This document shows positions 54,727 to 59,460 of a DNA stretch of 59,460 nt, piece after piece. This stretch comes from a virus (lineage: Duplodnaviria > Caudoviricetes): positions 1 through 59,460 of the IMG/VR virus record IMGVR_UViG_3300043431_000434, one strand, 5' to 3'. Both the position numbers and the translations under genes were made by a program. Positions within the stretch are counted from its first letter, which is position 1. Each line of letters begins with the position of its first letter. The notes beneath the pieces were generated by a model. It did no database searches and was not told the origin of the DNA. It saw nothing but the letters and a program-made list of their open reading frames with translations.

Positions 54727-54996
54727 TCAGTCACAATCATGACTATAACCGGTACACGCCAAATCCTTCATGTAGGTATTGTTGGGCACATAATCGCCCC
54801 TGTCTCTCGCTTCCATCCGCTCCCGCGCCAAAATTTCGTTAACAGCACGGCGTTGATCAGCTTCTTCGTAGTAGCGTCTGTTATCCGCCTCGCGCTGATC
54901 GTAATAAGCATCTATTATATCAAACGCCCGTTGTAAGTCATCAGCCTGCACACTGCCAGCGACTAACACCAACAGCACAAAAACCAGTTTTTTCAT
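54727..54996 (-). CDS. Small secreted protein (signal peptide)
   Basis: MKKLVFVLLVLVAGSVQA-DD, a Sec signal with an AxA-like cleavage site. Confidence 0.6.
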   Translation of the reverse strand: MKKLVFVLLVLVAGSVQADDLQRAFDIIDAYYDQREADNRRYYEEADQRRAVNEILARERMEARDRGDYVPNNTYMKDLACTGYSHDCD

Positions 54997-55317
54997 TTGT
55001 CCACCCCATAAAAAAAGCCGCACTCCAACCGCCTGTGGTAGTGGGGCAGAATCCCCAAGGCGATAAAAATACGGCTTCAATTAAATTCTGCAAAAGGCTA
55101 CCACACCTGACAATAGTTTAATATTGATCGCAAAAAAAGCTATTCGTACAACTACTTATCTCTGCAAAACTCATCACATTTATAATAAAACGCGCAAATA
55201 AGTATGAATACTTATTGATAGCTTCTAAATAGATGCTATGCTGTTATCAACTTAAAGAGATTGTCTTTTTAAGACTTTTGAACTGCACTCATTGAGATGC
55301 TAACCGGAGAATGAAAC

Positions 55318-55545
55318 ATGAAAGATCAACGCGGAATACACACTTCAAGAACTGAAGAGAAAACTCAACTAAATACTATTGTTTATTGTGCTTTCAAAGA
55401 AGCACTAAAAGATGCGCTCAATCAAGGGATAAGTAAAGACTTGCCGATTTATGAGTTCTTAGAAAAAGCTGATTTGCGTCCCGACAGGGGGATAGACCCG
55501 CTAATGCGTCAAGCATTTAAAGATGTAGTGCTTAGCCAAAAATAA
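55318..55545 (+). CDS. Hypothetical protein (moron cassette gene 1)
   Basis: GGAG RBS; own promoter-like TTGATA-16-TATGCT upstream. Confidence 0.55.
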   Translation: MKDQRGIHTSRTEEKTQLNTIVYCAFKEALKDALNQGISKDLPIYEFLEKADLRPDRGIDPLMRQAFKDVVLSQK

Positions 55546-55577
55546 TAATACATAATTACACTAAGGATTTAAAAACC

Positions 55578-56042
55578 ATGGCACAAACCCAAAAAACAAT
55601 ACGATTTAACAAAGAAACCGACCGGCTGATTGCTGAAATTAGCCCGTCAGGGGACATAAATTATAATTTTGCTGTTAATCAAGCCATGCACCGTTATCAA
55701 ATACTGTGCAAGCACTTAACGCCTAATTTTCCATATAACGAATGGAATGCTATCTGCGAATGCTATAACGGCCATCTGTTTAATGCTGATATTGAGTTAG
55801 AAGCACTGGCTTTTCCGCGACGTATTCGTGAGTCAATCGCTTATGACGAAAATGTGCGCTGTTTGCTAGATAGTAGTGCCCAAACTGGCAACCCATTGCG
55901 CACCAATTTTCCTGAGTTCTTAGCAAAAATTGATGCGCTTAGTGTGCCGCAAATCATTGCAGTGTTCAGTGTAGTTAATACGTTCTGGACACCTAGCACC
56001 AATTTTGAAACAACTGAAACTGAGGCGGAGGCGATTGAATGA
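55578..56042 (+). CDS. Putative RHH-type DNA-binding protein
   Basis: QKTIRFNKETDRLI...VNQAMHRY...EWNAICE. Confidence 0.5.
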   Translation: MAQTQKTIRFNKETDRLIAEISPSGDINYNFAVNQAMHRYQILCKHLTPNFPYNEWNAICECYNGHLFNADIELEALAFPRRIRESIAYDENVRCLLDSSAQTGNPLRTNFPEFLAKIDALSVPQIIAVFSVVNTFWTPSTNFETTETEAEAIE

Positions 56043-56455
56043 ACCACGACACCGATTTTAACTTATGGGCGACACACCAAGTCAATTTACTGCACAACAA
56101 GCAGTTTTCTGAATTGGATATTGAAAACTTGGTTGATGAAATAGAAAGCATGAGTAAATCAGACAAACGCGCTTTAAAAAGTTATCTTATCGTTATCATG
56201 ACGCATTTGCTTAAACTTAATGCTCAACCCCACTATATCAACCGGGCTAGTTGGCTTAGAAGCATCCGAGCTGCGCAAGCTGAAATTGAATTAATAGTGG
56301 AAGATAGCCCAAGCCTTAAGCAATTAGTACCCAATTTCATTGAGTCTGGTTACCCAAAATCAGTCAAAACCGCCCAATTTGAAACTGGCTTAACTAATTT
56401 CCCTGATGTTTGCCCGTTTGACGAGCAAATTTTAAGCGTCAACCCAATTCCATAA
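56039..56455 (+). CDS. DUF29 family protein
   Basis: DTDFNLW...Q..LL....SELDIENLVDEIESMSKSDKRAL.S.L.....HLLK...SW..SI...DSPSLK...FP..CPF. Confidence 0.9.
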   Translation: MNHDTDFNLWATHQVNLLHNKQFSELDIENLVDEIESMSKSDKRALKSYLIVIMTHLLKLNAQPHYINRASWLRSIRAAQAEIELIVEDSPSLKQLVPNFIESGYPKSVKTAQFETGLTNFPDVCPFDEQILSVNPIP

Positions 56456-56465
56456 AACCAATCAC

Positions 56466-56798
56466 TTAACGACCTGCCGCACTCAACTGTTGGTAAAACA
56501 CTTTGGCTCGTTTACATTGCCAGCTCTCGCTCATTTCATGCGCACCAGGTTTCCAACCTTCTTCTTGTAACGCGGGTTTATCCCGGTATTTATGCCGGAT
56601 TTGCGCCAAGAAGCGCGTCATCTCGATGTAATCATACGCCACCGCAGGTTTACCCCGTGTGCCTTGCACCAAAACCGCCTTGGGTGGATTGCTATGCTCG
56701 GCCATCAGCTTATCCAGGGTCGTGATGCGAATACCATGCTCGCTGCAAATTTCATATTTGCACACCTGAGTGTAATTTTTTTTGGGTAGATTTTTCAT
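56466..56798 (-). CDS. Hypothetical protein
   Basis: ORF downstream of ssb. Confidence 0.55.
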   Translation of the reverse strand: MKNLPKKNYTQVCKYEICSEHGIRITTLDKLMAEHSNPPKAVLVQGTRGKPAVAYDYIEMTRFLAQIRHKYRDKPALQEEGWKPGAHEMSESWQCKRAKVFYQQLSAAGR

Positions 56799-56813
56799 AG
56801 ACTTTCCAGACTT

Positions 56814-57248
56814 TTAAAACGGAATATCCTGATCGTACTCATCATAATCAGCCGGGGGCGGTAGGTTTTTAGAGGTTTGCGAAGTGTAGGGCTTACCCGT
56901 GTTCGTGCTGCTACCATCAGACTTACCCCCCAACATAACCAGCTCTTCAGCCAGAATTTCAGTGGTGTAACGATCTTGGCCGTCTGAACCTTGCCATTTC
57001 TTGGTTTGTAAGCGACCTTCCACATAAACCTGGCTCCCTTTTTTCAAATATTTCTCAGCAATCTCCGCCAAGCGGTTAAAGAAAATAACCCGGTGCCATT
57101 CGGTGGCTTCCTTGCGCTCGTTGGTCTGTTTATCCTTCCACTTGCGCGTCGTCGCCAAGCTAACAGTCGCCACCGATCCGCCGGTTGGCATCGCTCTAAC
57201 TTCTGGGTCTGAACCCAGATTGCCGATTAAGATGACTTTATTCAGCAT
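56814..57248 (-). CDS. ssb: Single-stranded DNA-binding protein
   Basis: [15 protein letters not shown]...TEWHRV...[16 protein letters not shown]...DIPF. Confidence 0.97.
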   Translation of the reverse strand: MLNKVILIGNLGSDPEVRAMPTGGSVATVSLATTRKWKDKQTNERKEATEWHRVIFFNRLAEIAEKYLKKGSQVYVEGRLQTKKWQGSDGQDRYTTEILAEELVMLGGKSDGSSTNTGKPYTSQTSKNLPPPADYDEYDQDIPF

Positions 57249-57459
57249 GGTCTTTTGCGGCTTCGTTAGCTAAACGCAGTTTCATCACCTCAACACAACC
57301 GAGCAATTCAAGCACCTGCATATTTTTTGAGGTAATTTCACTCTCCACACATTCCGGAGTATTTAAAACAAATGCAAGTTGATAACGCTCACTGGTTTCA
57401 ATCGTTTCGATGATTTTGTGTAGATGCTTGATGGTGTCTTGTTTACTGGTTTCGCTCAT
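57238..57459 (-). CDS. Hypothetical protein
   Basis: Coupled ORF. Confidence 0.55.
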   Translation of the reverse strand: MSETSKQDTIKHLHKIIETIETSERYQLAFVLNTPECVESEITSKNMQVLELLGCVEVMKLRLANEAAKDHAE

Positions 57460-57752
57460 TGCTTAATCTCCTGTTGTTGAATAAAAGCCATGACATCCAG
57501 CCAAATGGCTTTATCCAGGTCATGGCCCAAATGGTTATGGGTTTGCTTGGTTATCCGGTCGGTGTCGTCCTGGTCAAGCGCATGACGCAAATCACGGGTA
57601 ATCGTTTGTTTAGCCTTATCGCTAAGCTCTGGCCAATTCGCTTTCAACCAATCCGCGCAATCACCGACGATATAGCTACTGCGCCCCATGCAATAACGCA
57701 CCGCCGCTATCGCCATGCCATCACCTCGCCCAAAATTCATGACTCCCCCCAT
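57456..57752 (-). CDS. Conserved phage hypothetical protein
   Basis: AAVRYCMGRSSYIV...W..L...I.RD...D...W motif. Confidence 0.65.
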   Translation of the reverse strand: MGGVMNFGRGDGMAIAAVRYCMGRSSYIVGDCADWLKANWPELSDKAKQTITRDLRHALDQDDTDRITKQTHNHLGHDLDKAIWLDVMAFIQQQEIKQ

Positions 57753-57928
57753 TGTGTTTGCAAAAAACCCAATGCGGCTTCTCGCGCTGTTTCTTCATCA
57801 TCGTCGTGATCCCCCAAAATCAAACCCACCCGCTCAATGAAATCACAAATATCATCCTCGGTAGCTTCAGGCCGTTTGCTTAACAGCCAAATCGCATCCC
57901 GTTCGCCTGGGCACAAGTTACCGGCCAT
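57737..57928 (-). CDS. Hypothetical protein
   Basis: FIERVG....D...EETAR..A. Confidence 0.5.
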   Translation of the reverse strand: MAGNLCPGERDAIWLLSKRPEATEDDICDFIERVGLILGDHDDDEETAREAALGFLQTQWGES

Positions 57929-57937
57929 AAATCAAAC

Positions 57938-58165
57938 TCAATGCTGGCTCTCCTTGGTTAACCGTCTTCTCGTCAAAAAATGGGTCAAGGTGTCGGTTAT
58001 TTCATCGGCAAGCTGATCTAAATCCTCCGGTATTGCCATGTCTCGCATGGCAACGAACAATGACGAGGCTCCCGCATAAAACGCTTCTTGCAAAAAATCA
58101 TTGCTGTCCGGGTTAAAATCCATCGCCTTGGCATATTCCCGCCAATTATCTTCCAGTGTTTGCAT
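57938..58165 (-). CDS. Hypothetical protein
   Basis: GAGG RBS; AFYAGA motif. Confidence 0.55.
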   Translation of the reverse strand: MQTLEDNWREYAKAMDFNPDSNDFLQEAFYAGASSLFVAMRDMAIPEDLDQLADEITDTLTHFLTRRRLTKESQH

Positions 58166-58189
58166 TAAAATTCCTCGTTTTTCAGTTAT

Positions 58190-58939
58190 TCAGTGAATCT
58201 CGCCTAATCGCTTAGCCACACGTTTGAGCTGCATATCACGCTTACGCTCAAAATCTTGCCGATTGCGTTCACGCGCTGTCGCCTGGTCGTCTTCACCAAC
58301 CGTCAATAATGCCCGCAGTTCATCCAGTTTTTTTACAATGCTATCCTGGTTCGCCGATTGTTCTGGGATTTCTTGAATAAGCTGCTGCACGGTTAGCGTT
58401 GATTTTTCCAAGTTTTCGAGTATCGCAAGTTCAGAGTGTGGTAATTGGCCACGCTCAACAGCTTTGGTCAACGCATCCGCTCGACGTTGCTTATCGTGAC
58501 CTAGTGACACCCGCCAAACCGGTTGTGGTGCAGTTTGGATTGCCCGCTCATACGCCGCCCTAAACGCCATCCTTGCACCAACCAAGTCGTTTTCTGCATA
58601 AATTCCCCAAGCAACCGTTCGCGCTTGCAAAATTTGATCGGTGACAATGACCGTTTCTGCTTCGTCCATCGACTGCAAAGCAATAGCCCACGCTTCGTCG
58701 GCGGGGATATGTTGCGGTTTATCCTGGCCAAGTATGGCTAGGATGTCGTGCAAAATAGGTGCAAATTTATTGTCAAACCGATGTTTCCGTAGTGCGCGTT
58801 TGATTTCATCAAGCGGGTAAGCCACAAGCATCTCAAACAGTTCAACCATTGCAGATTTGCTGTAGACCTTGCCATTTGCACCCAACTCTTGCGCCAACAG
58901 CCAAGCCTCACAAAATTCTCCAAAATCGTTTTTAGTCAT
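58190..58939 (-). CDS. Replication partner/helicase-loader-like protein
   Basis: Directly downstream of the initiator; Y.L..I..AL..H....KFAP...DI and ADEAW..A...GARMAF..AYER motifs. Confidence 0.6.
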   Translation of the reverse strand: MTKNDFGEFCEAWLLAQELGANGKVYSKSAMVELFEMLVAYPLDEIKRALRKHRFDNKFAPILHDILAILGQDKPQHIPADEAWAIALQSMDEAETVIVTDQILQARTVAWGIYAENDLVGARMAFRAAYERAIQTAPQPVWRVSLGHDKQRRADALTKAVERGQLPHSELAILENLEKSTLTVQQLIQEIPEQSANQDSIVKKLDELRALLTVGEDDQATARERNRQDFERKRDMQLKRVAKRLGEIH

Positions 58940-59333
58940 CTCGAATCACCTCGCCATCAATAACCCGCAGGGCATTAAACCTGTCTTTGCTAGGCTCGTA
59001 TTCCCCATAGTCAACTTTTGGCATGACGTTTTTCAGCAATGGCGGGCCATGACACCCATTGGTTTTATTTTTCCCCGGCCATTCCCAACACGCATTAAAA
59101 CTTTGCCAACTTCGTTCGGCGCAAATGGTTATTGCATCGAAAACACTTATGCCAGCGTTATTGGCTTCTCGTACGATGCCATCCATCGCCGTTTTGGTCA
59201 GTTTATTTTTTCGAGTAGCAAGAAAATCCTTGGCGAGTTGTCCCTCAACGCCATGTTGTTTTAATAAATCAATTTCAAAAATTGGGTTTTTAAGTTTTTT
59301 TGAGCCAGAAATTTTTTCTGGCTTTAATTCCTG
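58932..59333 (-). CDS. Replication initiator, C-terminal part
   Basis: In-frame continuation of 432->1 (...KDFLATRKNKLTKTAMDGIVREANNAGISVFDAITICAERSWQSF...); 432+402 nt = 278 codons. Confidence 0.8.
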   Translation of the reverse strand, partial: QELKPEKISGSKKLKNPIFEIDLLKQHGVEGQLAKDFLATRKNKLTKTAMDGIVREANNAGISVFDAITICAERSWQSFNACWEWPGKNKTNGCHGPPLLKNVMPKVDYGEYEPSKDRFNALRVIDGEVIRDD

Positions 59334-59460
59334 TTCCTGTTCCTGTTCCTGTTCCTGTTCCTGTTCCTGTTCTAGTTCTAAAGGGAAAATTTCTGAATTT
59401 CCGGGAATTTCCGGGAAATTGTTATTCTCAGGAGGGGGTGGTAGTTTTGATTTGGTACGT
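59334..59460. repeat. 127-bp exact terminal duplication of positions 1-127 (circular assembly overlap)
   Basis: The last 127 nt are identical to the first 127 nt, and an ORF reads through the join in frame. Confidence 0.95.

Noticed and set aside
59334-59460. Possible biological direct terminal repeat
   Set aside because: 127 bp equals a common assembler k-mer length and the repeat falls mid-gene, so it is best explained as a circular-assembly overlap.

Overview
This window is an apparently complete, circularly assembled temperate tailed-phage genome of about 59,333 bp. Bases 59334-59460 repeat bases 1-127 exactly, and the replication-initiator gene runs in frame across that join. The organisation is lambdoid. 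There is a divergent cro/cI switch at about 4.1 kb, a rightward early operon (DUF1351, YqaJ exonuclease, Bet recombinase, two excisionase candidates, tyrosine integrase), and an attP containing the 3' 53 nt of a CAT-anticodon tRNA. A block of 8 small accessory genes follows attP. A long minus-strand late region encodes terminase, portal, scaffold, N4-gp56-like capsid, podovirus-type adaptor/nozzle/fibre proteins, ejection proteins, a 1244-aa lytic-transglycosylase protein, a 3814-aa DarB-like polyvalent protein and an M15 endolysin cassette. No tape-measure or tail-tube genes are evident, so podovirus-like morphology is inferred. The host is probably a gammaproteobacterium; the SSB style, DUF29 and DUF1640 suggest Methylococcales, but this is inference only. 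The most notable observations are: a HigBA locus whose toxin has lost the expected catalytic residues but keeps its promoter and operator; two pseudoknot-capable 5' leader RNAs; a conserved ~55-bp element shared by the portal and lysis upstream regions; an IHF/palindrome-rich site between terminase and portal; a cupin plus 2OG-Fe(II) hydroxylase pair embedded among the ejection genes; and several unannotated micro-ORFs. All family calls come from motif recognition by eye; no searches were run.
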